Shown: positions 1-8,923 of the stretch, piece after piece
Numbering within the stretch: the first letter of the stretch is position 1
How the letters are laid out: each line of letters opens with the position of its first letter
Source of the DNA: Alphaproteobacteria bacterium
GTDB lineage: Bacteria; Pseudomonadota; Alphaproteobacteria; Micavibrionales; SZUA-601
DNA length: 64,000 bases
Assembly: GCA_965246875.1 (NCBI GenBank)
Contig: CBDFFU010000006.1
Span: 512,235-576,234, forward strand
Direction of reading: 5' to 3'
Position numbers and translations under genes: made by a program
Notes under the pieces: model-generated
What the model saw: only the letters and a program-made list of their open reading frames with translations
Told to the model about the DNA's origin: nothing
The model's database searches: none

Positions 1-70
1 CTTTTTTCGGACCGCAGGCAACCAGAGCCAGAGCCAATGGCAAAACCAGCAATAATTTCCACATTTTCAT
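1..70 (-). CDS. Lipoprotein, N-terminal fragment (gene runs off the left edge)
   Basis: Reverse complement reads ATG AAA ATG TGG... = MKMWKLLLVLPLALALVACGPKK. This is a signal peptide with lipobox L-V-A-C. AGGAA lies 8 nt upstream of the ATG. Confidence 0.6.
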   Translation of the reverse strand, partial: MKMWKLLLVLPLALALVACGPKK

Positions 71-253
71 GAGATGTTCCTTTGAGTAGTAAGTTAATGT
101 GACTAGTAGGGTATCCACTGCCGCCAATATATAAGCGGAGACCGGAGAATTCCTACCCCTTTTGTATGATTTTTTAAGGAGTTGTGCAAGGCCACAGCTA
201 CAGAAAGGCATAAAAATTTGAATAGGTTTTAAAAAAAATCGTTGTTTTACGGG

Positions 254-697
254 TTAATATTGATGATGGTGAAAATGTTCAATCACCATAACGACGATTA
301 CGGCAATCGCTAGATTGACTGCATAACGCCGCCAGAAACCAGCATTTGAATGATTAACTGGGCACGGTGCGCAAGTGCTGCAGTCGGTTTGATGGACTGG
401 CTTATGACAGACAACAGCAAAATGCCCACGCTGATGCTGCCAATGGTGGAATTTATCTTCCAATTGCAGGCACAACCACACGATTAGAGGCGCGAGACCC
501 AAAGCCAGATAAATGTGTGATCGTTCCGATAAGGCCAACAAACTTGTTAATAATCCGATCGAACCAACGGTCTTTAACAGCAATGGCACAATGACACAGC
601 AGCCCAGATGTTGTTTTAACGGTACGATAATCAAGCTGGTGAGGCTAATCGTACGCTTTTTCGGCTGAATGACAGGTGTGGCGGCAAGGTCGTGCAT
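254..697 (-). CDS. Hypothetical Cys/His-rich membrane protein (possibly MerC-like)
   Basis: 147-aa ORF with several hydrophobic segments. It has a GCC motif in the first TM, a CSTCAPC cluster and a HFHHHQY tail. The family call is only a resemblance. Confidence 0.35.
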   Translation of the reverse strand: MHDLAATPVIQPKKRTISLTSLIIVPLKQHLGCCVIVPLLLKTVGSIGLLTSLLALSERSHIYLALGLAPLIVWLCLQLEDKFHHWQHQRGHFAVVCHKPVHQTDCSTCAPCPVNHSNAGFWRRYAVNLAIAVIVVMVIEHFHHHQY

Positions 698-735
698 TGA
701 TAAGATTTAACACATCACCCGCCTGATAGCCAGAC

Positions 736-903
736 TTATTTAAAGACTGGCGGACGCGGCAAAATCAGGCGAATGCCGTAAGCGACTAAGGTTAGAAAGA
801 GAAACCCAACCAGATACAGTGTGATCAGCCACAGCCAGTTTTTCGCGCGAGGCCAGCGGTTGTAAAATTGGTCCAGCCGCGTGGTCAACGCATCAATACC
901 CAT
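736..903 (-). CDS. Small membrane protein linked to the cyd operon (DUF2474-like)
   Basis: Single TM helix WLWLITLYLVGFLFLTLVAYGIRLIL. The internal Met at 903 overlaps the cydB stop (893) by about 11 nt, which suggests translational coupling. Start chosen by me. Confidence 0.45.
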   Translation of the reverse strand: MGIDALTTRLDQFYNRWPRAKNWLWLITLYLVGFLFLTLVAYGIRLILPRPPVFK

Positions 904-1918
904 GATCATAGCCTTCATGCGTGACTTTGCCGCGAAAGACCCAATAGACGTAAAGCGTATAAGCCAGCACAACCGGCAAGACGATGGCAGTGCCGACCAG
1001 CAACAGTGATAGTGTCTCCGGTGGTGATGCCGTCTGCCAAATGGTCAAACTATGCGGCACGGCATACGGGAAAATGCTGATTGCTAAACCCAAAAACGCA
1101 CAGCCAAACAACGCCATCGTCAAGAAAAATGGTTTGTAAGTCGCTTCATTTTGCAGGCCGCGATAGATATTGACCGCGATGATGAGTGACGCAATTGGCA
1201 ATGGCGACAGGTACAACATGTTATGACCATCAAACCAGCGTGCTTTGATATCAGCGTCCAAGAACGGCACCCACAGGCTGACAAGGCCAAACATAATCAG
1301 CACTAAGACTAATAAATATTGCGCACAGCGCCGTGCCCAGGCATTCGTCTCGCCCTCGGTTTTTTTGACCAGCCACGTGGCGCCAATCAAGCCATAGCCG
1401 CAGACCAGCGCAATGCCACAGAAAATGGGAAAGGCCTGCAGCCAGTCCAATGGCCCGCCTGAAAATTTGGCATTGGTCACGGTGATGCCTTGCACAAAAC
1501 TGCCCAAGACAAGCCCTTGGGCAAAAGTTGCAATCAATGAGCCAAAATGAAACGCGATGTCCCATAAATAGCGCGAGCTGTCCGCTTTGAAACGAAATTC
1601 AAAGGCGACACCGCGAAAGATAAGAGCAATCAGCATGATAATGATAGGCATATACACCGCTGGAATAATCACGGCAAACGCTGTTGGAAAGGCGATTAAT
1701 AAACCGCCACCGCCCATGACCAGCCAGGTTTCATTGCCATCCCAAAACGGCGCAACCGAATACATGATCTTATCGCGGCATTGATGAGACGGGGCAAAGG
1801 GAAACAAAATTCCGCAACCCAGATCAAAACCATCAAGCAGCACATAGAGAAAGACGGCCAGCCCGATAATGCCGCTCCAGATCAAGGGCAAATCAAGAAA
1901 AGAGTCGAATGAGAACAT
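893..1918 (-). CDS. cydB: Cytochrome bd-type ubiquinol oxidase subunit II
   Basis: 341-aa polytopic protein directly downstream of cydA. N-terminus LPLIWSGIIGLAVFLYVLLDGFDLGCGILFP is typical of CydB. Confidence 0.9.
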   Translation of the reverse strand: MFSFDSFLDLPLIWSGIIGLAVFLYVLLDGFDLGCGILFPFAPSHQCRDKIMYSVAPFWDGNETWLVMGGGGLLIAFPTAFAVIIPAVYMPIIIMLIALIFRGVAFEFRFKADSSRYLWDIAFHFGSLIATFAQGLVLGSFVQGITVTNAKFSGGPLDWLQAFPIFCGIALVCGYGLIGATWLVKKTEGETNAWARRCAQYLLVLVLIMFGLVSLWVPFLDADIKARWFDGHNMLYLSPLPIASLIIAVNIYRGLQNEATYKPFFLTMALFGCAFLGLAISIFPYAVPHSLTIWQTASPPETLSLLLVGTAIVLPVVLAYTLYVYWVFRGKVTHEGYDHGY

Positions 1919-1933
1919 GGGAATTTCCTGTTT

Positions 1934-3400
1934 TTAAAACGGCATCGTCGGGTCAAGTGTTGGTGCAACGTCCACAGTACGATCTTCTGTTTCTGTCATG
2001 GGAACGGCCCAGCCGGTAGCTTGTGCATGCAACGGTAAGAACATGCGCGCATTGGCTGGCGCACCAAATGTGTCGATCCATTTGCCAGCAGTGGGTCCGC
2101 GGCGGATCAATTTGAACATGTAATAGACGCCACTGCCAAACACGATGGCATAGGCGACGATGTAGAGTGCCAGTGATATCGCGACCTCTTGCCCGGTAAT
2201 GGGTGACAGCGCGTCTTTGGTGCGCATGACGCCATACAGGACATACGGTTGACGGCCGATCTCAGTCGTAAACCAGCCCGCCAAAATCGCGATAATGCCG
2301 CTGGGCGCCATCGCGATCAGCCACGGATACAGCCAGCGGCTGTCGAACAAGCGACCACGCAGCCACAACGTTCCGGCCACAACACCGGTCAGCAGCATTA
2401 ACATGCCAATTCCCACCATCGTGCGAAACGCAAAAAAGACGGGCAGGACAGGTGGACGTTCCTCTTTCGGCCAGTGTTTCAGCCCTTTGATCTCGCCGCC
2501 AAAATGATGTGTCAAAATCATGCTGGCCCCGCCGGGTACAGACAATAAAGTATGTGTTTTTTCTTGCTTGCTATCCGGGTAACCCAACAAGACAAGCGGC
2601 GCATGATCACGTGTTTCCCACAACCCCTCCATGGCCGCAATTTTGACCGGTTGGTGTTCCAGCGTGTTTAGCCCGTGCCAATCGCCAACGGCAATCTGCA
2701 CTGGTGTAACAAACGCCGCCATCAATAACGCCATGCCCACCATAATGCGTGCATGGGCCGTATGCTGCCGCCGCCAGAGATACCAGGCACCCGTGGCACC
2801 CACCAGAAATGCCGTCGACAGAAACGCGGCCAATAGCATGTGAATGAAACGCGGCGCAAAGCTTGGGTTGAAAATAATTTCCAGCCAATTGGTGGGACGC
2901 ATCAACCCGTTGGCATCAATGGCAAAACCTTGCGGAGTTTGCATCCAGCTGTTGGCGGAAATGATCCAGAACGCGGACATCATGGTACCGATGCTGACCG
3001 TGACGGTGGCGGCAAAATGCATCTTCGCGCTGACCTTGCTCCAGCCGAACAGCATTATGGACAGGAACGACGCTTCCAAGAAGAATGCCACCAGCACTTC
3101 GAAGCCCATCAATGGCCCGATCACGCGGCCGACCTGTTCCGCGTAAGGCGCCCAGTTGGTGCCGAATTGGTAGGGCATGGTAATGCCAGAGACCACACCA
3201 ATGCCAAAACACACCGCAAACAATTTCATCCAGAACAGATACAGTTCTTTGTACACCGGATGTTTTGTTTTCAGAAACAACCCTTCCAGCACGGCAAGAT
3301 AGGCCGCTAAACCGATGGTAATAGCCGGAAAAATAATGTGAAATGCAATCACAAACGCAAATTGAATGCGCGATAGGATAAGCGGGTCAAGGTGAACCAT
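1934..3400 (-). CDS. cydA: Cytochrome bd-type ubiquinol oxidase subunit I (short Q-loop, CioA-like length)
   Basis: 488 aa. N-terminus LSRIQFAFVIAFHIIFPAITIGLA and GWFTTEIGRQPY are CydA hallmarks. The length matches the short Q-loop (cyanide-insensitive) subgroup. Confidence 0.92.
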   Translation of the reverse strand: MVHLDPLILSRIQFAFVIAFHIIFPAITIGLAAYLAVLEGLFLKTKHPVYKELYLFWMKLFAVCFGIGVVSGITMPYQFGTNWAPYAEQVGRVIGPLMGFEVLVAFFLEASFLSIMLFGWSKVSAKMHFAATVTVSIGTMMSAFWIISANSWMQTPQGFAIDANGLMRPTNWLEIIFNPSFAPRFIHMLLAAFLSTAFLVGATGAWYLWRRQHTAHARIMVGMALLMAAFVTPVQIAVGDWHGLNTLEHQPVKIAAMEGLWETRDHAPLVLLGYPDSKQEKTHTLLSVPGGASMILTHHFGGEIKGLKHWPKEERPPVLPVFFAFRTMVGIGMLMLLTGVVAGTLWLRGRLFDSRWLYPWLIAMAPSGIIAILAGWFTTEIGRQPYVLYGVMRTKDALSPITGQEVAISLALYIVAYAIVFGSGVYYMFKLIRRGPTAGKWIDTFGAPANARMFLPLHAQATGWAVPMTETEDRTVDVAPTLDPTMPF

Positions 3401-3571
3401 AACAGACTCAATGCATCAAGAATAATAGATGTCCTGAATGTTACGCCTTTAGAGAGTGGAAATGCAAGTTCGGAGAATGAGAATTATTTTTAATCTGCTT
3501 TTTGCTGTCTGTAAACGTTTTTCAAATGTATAAAATCTCATAAATCAAAAAGATTTATATAATACCGAATT

Positions 3572-4570
3572 TTAAGGCTTATGGTGTATTCTTGTGACTT
3601 TATTCATGCGAAAATAATGTTCAGGATGTGTTGATTCAACATCATTCATTTCGTCTTGATGCCCCTTTTTCCAGGTGTCAATAACTTCACTGCTAGAAAG
3701 GCTTTTTTTGTGTTTGGCAAAATCAAAGCTGGTGAAACATTTGATAGCAGCTTTGAAGTTTGAATGTGTGACACCGATGGAATCGGCATCAAGTTCTTCG
3801 AGTTTGCTCTTGATAAAAAAGATTTCATTATGAGGTTCCTCAATATCTTTAATTTCAAATTTGTTTAAAAGAAAGTTTTTTAATTTTTCACCGAGGGCGT
3901 GAAACATTCCTTTTTCGTCAGATGATATTTTATGATGGCCAAGTTCATGTGCTGATGTGAAATCCAACTCTTCTGTGGATTGGCTGTTTAGTGTTCCCAC
4001 ACTAATTGCCGTCCAGCGGTCATAATTCCATGATGAAGGTTTTGTGCCTGCATAAGCTTCAAAGTCGCTTGATGATAGCACGTATAATGGTATATCTTGG
4101 TTAAGATCTAGCTGTGTTTTAACGTCACTATAGTGTTTCTGAATATATTCAGCGTTTGCCAAAGGCATTCGAAAGCCTGACGCTGGTTCTTGGCGATAGG
4201 TAAACAGGATGGATTTCTTATCAAGTGTCTTGGCATCGCTGATGACCTCTCTCAAATCAACAGAGTCCGCATCTGCATTATTACTGGGAGACGCATCAAA
4301 CGTGAAAATATATGTGCTGTCAGCCAACTTTTGATTGTTTTTAACAGGAAAATTTACTTTTTGTGCCGCGGCTTCATCGTTACTATCATAAAAACCAGAC
4401 GTTATTTGCGCGACCTTTTTCATTTCCGCTTGGCTATGAGGCGAGTTAAATATTGAATTTTCCATTGATTTATAATGCACAGAGGTTTTTAGTTTGTTGT
4501 ATGTTGGATACATACAAACAAAACTGGCCAAGCCCAAGAAACAAGTTTTAGAAAAAGAATGTCTGCTCAT
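3572..4570 (-). CDS. Hypothetical protein with an HExxH...E-x2-AD metallopeptidase-like motif (divergent M48-like)
   Basis: 332-aa ORF in a visibly AT-rich stretch. It has SAHELGHH, then LEELDADSIG about 50 aa later, and a hydrophobic N-terminus. Confidence 0.5.
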   Translation of the reverse strand: MSRHSFSKTCFLGLASFVCMYPTYNKLKTSVHYKSMENSIFNSPHSQAEMKKVAQITSGFYDSNDEAAAQKVNFPVKNNQKLADSTYIFTFDASPSNNADADSVDLREVISDAKTLDKKSILFTYRQEPASGFRMPLANAEYIQKHYSDVKTQLDLNQDIPLYVLSSSDFEAYAGTKPSSWNYDRWTAISVGTLNSQSTEELDFTSAHELGHHKISSDEKGMFHALGEKLKNFLLNKFEIKDIEEPHNEIFFIKSKLEELDADSIGVTHSNFKAAIKCFTSFDFAKHKKSLSSSEVIDTWKKGHQDEMNDVESTHPEHYFRMNKVTRIHHKP

Positions 4571-4633
4571 CTTAAATACCCAAGTTCATTTTATATGTTA
4601 AATATTTGAATTGCAAGTTAATTTTCAAATGAC

Positions 4634-4897
4634 TTAAGCTAAGTGTAAATCGGAAATGTCAGTGCGATATGATCCCGGCAAAATAACTCCCGCCGAACTC
4701 AACCGCACCGAGTGCAAACGGCCATCCAGTTCACGCTGCCAGAAATCCATGAACTTATTGAATAAAAGAAATTGCGGCGCCTGGTCGTAATCCTGCCACA
4801 AATAGGTTTGCAACAGCGTCGGGTAATCCGGATAATAGTAAAAAATCTCGGCGGTTGTCAGCAGACGGTTGTGCAACTGTGGGATAAGGTTAGCCAT
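4634..4897 (-). CDS. Usg family protein
   Basis: LTTAEIFYYYPDYPTLLQTYLWQDYDQAPQFLLFNKFMDFWQRELDGRLHSVRL matches my recollection of the Usg-like family. Start moved to the internal Met (MANLIPQL). Confidence 0.6.
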   Translation of the reverse strand: MANLIPQLHNRLLTTAEIFYYYPDYPTLLQTYLWQDYDQAPQFLLFNKFMDFWQRELDGRLHSVRLSSAGVILPGSYRTDISDLHLA

Positions 4898-4963
4898 TGG
4901 GGCATCCTGTATCTGTTGTCCGTTCCCCCACTGTAACGGCAATCTTTCAATAATCCGTAAACG

Positions 4964-5623
4964 TCAGATAAAATGATGAATGGCGGCCAGCATGTGCGGG
5001 TACAGGGCTTGCCAGAAAAAATACAGGGCGCTGTGAGCCAGAATCACGATAACTCCAACGATCCACATGATGCCATCTGCATTGATCAATGCCAGACATA
5101 GAAATAAAGCTGCCAAAGATGGCGTTGAGTTGATAAACGGAATCGGCAACGCAACAATGACCGCCAACAAAAACAACAGCCACAGCGTCACATATTTGAT
5201 AGTCTGATGCCGCATCACCCACAACAGACGCGGATGCGAGATTTTTTCTAACCGATACAGTATTGGCAGCCATTTATCCAACAACTTACGGGTTCGCACA
5301 GCAGACAATTGATAGACGCGCCAACGACGTGGCAACCAGAAACTTTGCCGTTGGCGTAACAAAGCCAGCGTAATCATGATCTGCACGAAGCCCAGCGGCA
5401 GGGAAATGCCCTGGATGGGTGACAAAACGATGTTCAGCAAAGCGAGAAGGGCGTTTAACGCTAACAGCCCGTCTTGTCCCAATACTGTAATGACCGTTTG
5501 CAGGCGAATATTGTTTTGATAACGGGCCGTCTTGCGCAAACGTAAAAACGCGCGGGTCAGGCCGGCAGCTTTATGCGTTTTTTCACTATAAACAGGTGGA
5601 GGCGGGGCAGTCGGCAGGATCAT
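4964..5623 (-). CDS. ExoD-family membrane protein (exopolysaccharide synthesis)
   Basis: 219 aa. Its topology and segments (LLALLNIVLSPIQGISLPLG; ALPIPFINSTPSLAALFLCLALINADG) resemble ExoD. Confidence 0.55.
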   Translation of the reverse strand: MILPTAPPPPVYSEKTHKAAGLTRAFLRLRKTARYQNNIRLQTVITVLGQDGLLALNALLALLNIVLSPIQGISLPLGFVQIMITLALLRQRQSFWLPRRWRVYQLSAVRTRKLLDKWLPILYRLEKISHPRLLWVMRHQTIKYVTLWLLFLLAVIVALPIPFINSTPSLAALFLCLALINADGIMWIVGVIVILAHSALYFFWQALYPHMLAAIHHFI

Positions 5624-5848
5624 GGCTTGTGACCGTAAAGATCACACTGCATATTGGCAACATGGATGTAAATCACGCTAAGCGGCCAAAGGTTAACACT
5701 TTCTTGTATTTTTATGTTGCATTTACCCCGATTCTGTGATATCATCTTACAAGTTTTCAAATACAAATCAAAAGCTTATATTGCTTTTTTGAGTATTATG
5801 ACATTCTAAAAACGTCACTCTTAAAGTTAATTCGGAAAGTGAGTTACC

Positions 5849-6895
5849 ATGCCCGCCAAAAGCGCTGCTGCCAAAAAACCTGTCGCTAAAAACGTCAAAG
5901 TTACAAAGCCAACACCAAAAAAATCTGTTGCCAATAAAAATGCCAGACCGGCACCTAAAGTGGTGTCAAAAAGTTCTGCCAAAGCACCCGTGAAAAAACC
6001 GGTGGCTAAAGCACTTGTGAAAAAGCCTGTTGCAAGAACAACTGTTAAAGCTGCAGCCAAAACGACTGTAAAGGCGAAAGTGCCTATTGCAAAAGCACCC
6101 GTTAAAGCCGCCGCGAAAGCACCCGTCAAAGCTATGCAAAAAACACCGACCAAAGCCGTCACACAAGCGGCCAGCAAGGCTGTGGCAGCAAAATCCTCGA
6201 CCAAATCCAGCAAGCCAGACTTGTCCGTTGAAGAAGCGGTTGCCCGCGTGATGGGTGTGGTTGGCAAAAAAGAAACCAAAGCGACAAAACCAGCCGCTCC
6301 GGCAAAAAATGACAATGCAGCTGCTATGGCCGTCTCATCTGTGGCAACAGCCAAAGTGGCGACCAAGGCTGTCGCACCAAAACCAGCCAAGAACGACAAC
6401 GCGTCTTTGGATTACAAACCCGGCGATATGGTTGTCTATCCAGCCCACGGCGTTGGTCAGGTTGACGGCGTTGAAACGCTGACAATCGGTGGCATTGAAG
6501 TGACCCTGTACACGATCACCTTTGCTAAAGATCGCATGCGTTTGAAATTGCCGTTGCACAAGATCAAGACATCGGGCCTGCGTCCCTTATCGACCAAAGA
6601 CCAGATGCAAACCGCCTTGCAAACCATGCGTGGCCGCGCCCGGATCAAACGCGTGATGTGGTCACGTCGCGCGCAGGAGTATGAAGCGAAAATCAATTCC
6701 GGCAGTCCGGTCCAGGTCGCTGAAGTGTTGCGCGATCTGCGTCGTAACGCGACCGGTGCGGAGAACTCGTACTCCGAGCGTCAGATTTTCCAATCGGCTT
6801 TGGAACGCTTGGCCAGTGAATTAGCCGCCATTGAGAAAATCGGTGAAGCCGATGCAGCGATCAAACTGCAAAACGTCTTGACCGAAGCAGCATAA
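5849..6895 (+). CDS. cdnL: CarD/CdnL-family transcriptional regulator with a Lys/Ala/Pro-rich N-terminal extension
   Basis: C-terminal 160 aa: YKPGDMVVYPAHGVGQVDGVE...RMRLKLPLHK...WSRRAQEYEAKINSG, i.e. a CarD_CdnL_TRCF domain. Residues 1-187 are AKKPVAK/KAPVKA-type repeats in the same frame with no stop. Confidence 0.8.
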   Translation: MPAKSAAAKKPVAKNVKVTKPTPKKSVANKNARPAPKVVSKSSAKAPVKKPVAKALVKKPVARTTVKAAAKTTVKAKVPIAKAPVKAAAKAPVKAMQKTPTKAVTQAASKAVAAKSSTKSSKPDLSVEEAVARVMGVVGKKETKATKPAAPAKNDNAAAMAVSSVATAKVATKAVAPKPAKNDNASLDYKPGDMVVYPAHGVGQVDGVETLTIGGIEVTLYTITFAKDRMRLKLPLHKIKTSGLRPLSTKDQMQTALQTMRGRARIKRVMWSRRAQEYEAKINSGSPVQVAEVLRDLRRNATGAENSYSERQIFQSALERLASELAAIEKIGEADAAIKLQNVLTEAA

Positions 6896-6921
6896 GCTAA
6901 AATGTCGTCACACTAAAATTT

Positions 6922-6950
6922 AAAAAGGAGCTGGTGACAGCTCCTTTTTT
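6922..6950. terminator. Bidirectional rho-independent terminator
   Basis: AAAAA GGAGCTG gtga CAGCTCC TTTTTT, lying between convergent genes. Confidence 0.7.
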
Positions 6951-6967
6951 GTTATCTGAAATAACTT

Positions 6968-8569
6968 TTATTTTTCGATCAAAGCCAGAAAATAATGTGA
7001 TCGATAAGGCTGTAATGCCACTATATGATACTTGCCAAGCGCATCCGCTGAACGAACCTGCGTGATAACCAGACCATCGGGATGCTGCGTGAAAAACCCG
7101 TCGATTACTCTCACTTCATCTGGTGGTAAAATTATGAGCGGCTTTATCAACCGTGCTGTATAATTAAAGTCACCTTGATAACGGATGGTTGTCGTCGCAA
7201 CGATGCGGTGCGGGGCTACACTCAGTTGCTGCACAAGTGCATTAGCAATTGATTGTGTCGAGAACCGATCAAATCCAGAAAATTGTCCAGCCAGATAAAT
7301 ACCGATAACTGTAAATGCTGTCGCAAAAGCGAGTGGTGCCAGTAATTTACGCCGCCGCCAGGCATAAGTGAAACACAACACCATTGTCGCCATGTACAGA
7401 CACGGCAATATCACCGGATAGTCCAGGAAATCGCGCAGCATACCGTTATAATGACCGTGCAGGGCGCGGACATATAAAACATCCCACGCCATGCTGAGCA
7501 CTAAAAATGGCATAAATGCCCACATAATGTGTCGGCGCGTAAGGTCTGTCGGTTCCTGATACAGATGTGCGATCAATAACAAGATTGCGGGCCAAATTGG
7601 CAGCAGATAATGCAATTGCTTGCCACTAATAATGCTGAAGGTCACAAATACCGGAATGATCCAGCACAACAGGAAACGGATTGTCCGATCAGTTTTGACC
7701 GTTTTAAGCAGGGAAAGCTTTTGCCAGAGGGTCGGAATAAACAGCCATGGCAAGAGCAACACCGGCCCCATCGCTAAATAATACCACCACGGTTCCTGAT
7801 GATTAAACGCTTTGACGACGCGGTGAGTCGTTTGTTGCAACAAAATCCAGCGCGCATAATCTTTGCCGCCTTGCAGTGCGGCGGGTACCGCCCAAGAAAA
7901 TGCGATGGCCGCACCCAACACAGCGCTGAACAACAACTTGCCATACCAACGTCCCCAAGAGGCACGCGGCACAGGACTCCACGCTGGCGCTAAAAAAGCC
8001 AGCGGCAAAATATGCAACAAGATCACCGGTCCTTTGGTCAGCCCGCCCAAACCAAACATGATCGCCAGGCCAAAGAAATAGCGTCGTTTGTCGGTGTGCA
8101 GGGCCTGTAACATCATAGTGATGCCGCCCAGCACAAAAAATGTCAGCATCATGTCGTAGAAAATCAGCAGGCCGAACAATTGCAACACAACACTGCCTAC
8201 CGCCAGCCATACAGCTTGTCTGGCGCGATTGCTGTCAGCAGGCCAAATCAATCGTGCCAAAGCCCAGATCCACACAACGCAGCCAAAGCCAAATAAACCG
8301 ACAACCAACGTACCGACCCAATCGTGGATGCCAGCCACACTCCAGCCGGCATTAATCAGCCACGCCAGCAACGGCGGTTTTTGTGTATAGGGCATAAAAT
8401 TCAAACTGGGAACCACGAAATCGCCGCGCACATGCATGTCCCATGCCACTGACATGGCACGTGTTTCAATCGTATTGAATAATGGCCGTGTCATCACAAT
8501 AATGGCAAAGAGGGCAAACCACAGCAATCCGCTGAGGATCAACGGATGGAGCGTTGATAATCTGTTCAT
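6968..8569 (-). CDS. GT39/ArnT-like integral-membrane glycosyltransferase
   Basis: 533 aa with more than 10 TM segments. The N-terminal region is typical of ArnT/PMT-type transferases. It sits in a cluster with a GT2 and a LAB_N protein. Confidence 0.7.
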   Translation of the reverse strand: MNRLSTLHPLILSGLLWFALFAIIVMTRPLFNTIETRAMSVAWDMHVRGDFVVPSLNFMPYTQKPPLLAWLINAGWSVAGIHDWVGTLVVGLFGFGCVVWIWALARLIWPADSNRARQAVWLAVGSVVLQLFGLLIFYDMMLTFFVLGGITMMLQALHTDKRRYFFGLAIMFGLGGLTKGPVILLHILPLAFLAPAWSPVPRASWGRWYGKLLFSAVLGAAIAFSWAVPAALQGGKDYARWILLQQTTHRVVKAFNHQEPWWYYLAMGPVLLLPWLFIPTLWQKLSLLKTVKTDRTIRFLLCWIIPVFVTFSIISGKQLHYLLPIWPAILLLIAHLYQEPTDLTRRHIMWAFMPFLVLSMAWDVLYVRALHGHYNGMLRDFLDYPVILPCLYMATMVLCFTYAWRRRKLLAPLAFATAFTVIGIYLAGQFSGFDRFSTQSIANALVQQLSVAPHRIVATTTIRYQGDFNYTARLIKPLIILPPDEVRVIDGFFTQHPDGLVITQVRSADALGKYHIVALQPYRSHYFLALIEK

Positions 8570-8581
8570 GACACTATGTTC

Positions 8582-8911
8582 CTAAAGGGATGTTTCAGCA
8601 GCGATTTTTTCGTCCTGCAAAGTGGCTGCCGATGGACGATGGATGAAATAGATATTACGCATATAGATCAACAGACCCGGACCTTGCCCCAGGATGAACA
8701 CAGGGTCTTGGCGGTAAATCGCATAAGCCAGTAAAATCGCGCTGCCGGCAATACTGAAATACCAGAAACTGTGTGGAATGACGCTTTTCCTGGCTTTTTC
8801 CGAAGCCAACCATTGCAGGAAAAACCGCGCTGTAAACATGGCCTGACCAAAAAAACCGATCCCGATCCAAATTTCAGCATTTGTCAGATGATGGTGCATC
8901 AATTGATACAT
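8582..8911 (-). CDS. Lipid-A-disaccharide synthase N-terminal domain (LAB_N) membrane protein
   Basis: IGFFGQAMFTARFFLQWLASEKARKSVIPHSFWYFSIAGSAILLAYAIYRQDPVFILGQ is the LAB_N signature as I recall it. Confidence 0.65.
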   Translation of the reverse strand: MYQLMHHHLTNAEIWIGIGFFGQAMFTARFFLQWLASEKARKSVIPHSFWYFSIAGSAILLAYAIYRQDPVFILGQGPGLLIYMRNIYFIHRPSAATLQDEKIAAETSL

Positions 8912-8923
8912 GGCGCGACCTAT

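Noticed and set aside
5827-6399. 190-aa minus-strand ORF (Ala/Leu/Thr/Phe-rich) opposite the CarD N-terminal region
   Set aside because: It is a shadow frame of the GCN/AAR-rich repeat coding sequence. It has no start context, and its low-complexity product mirrors the plus-strand repeats.
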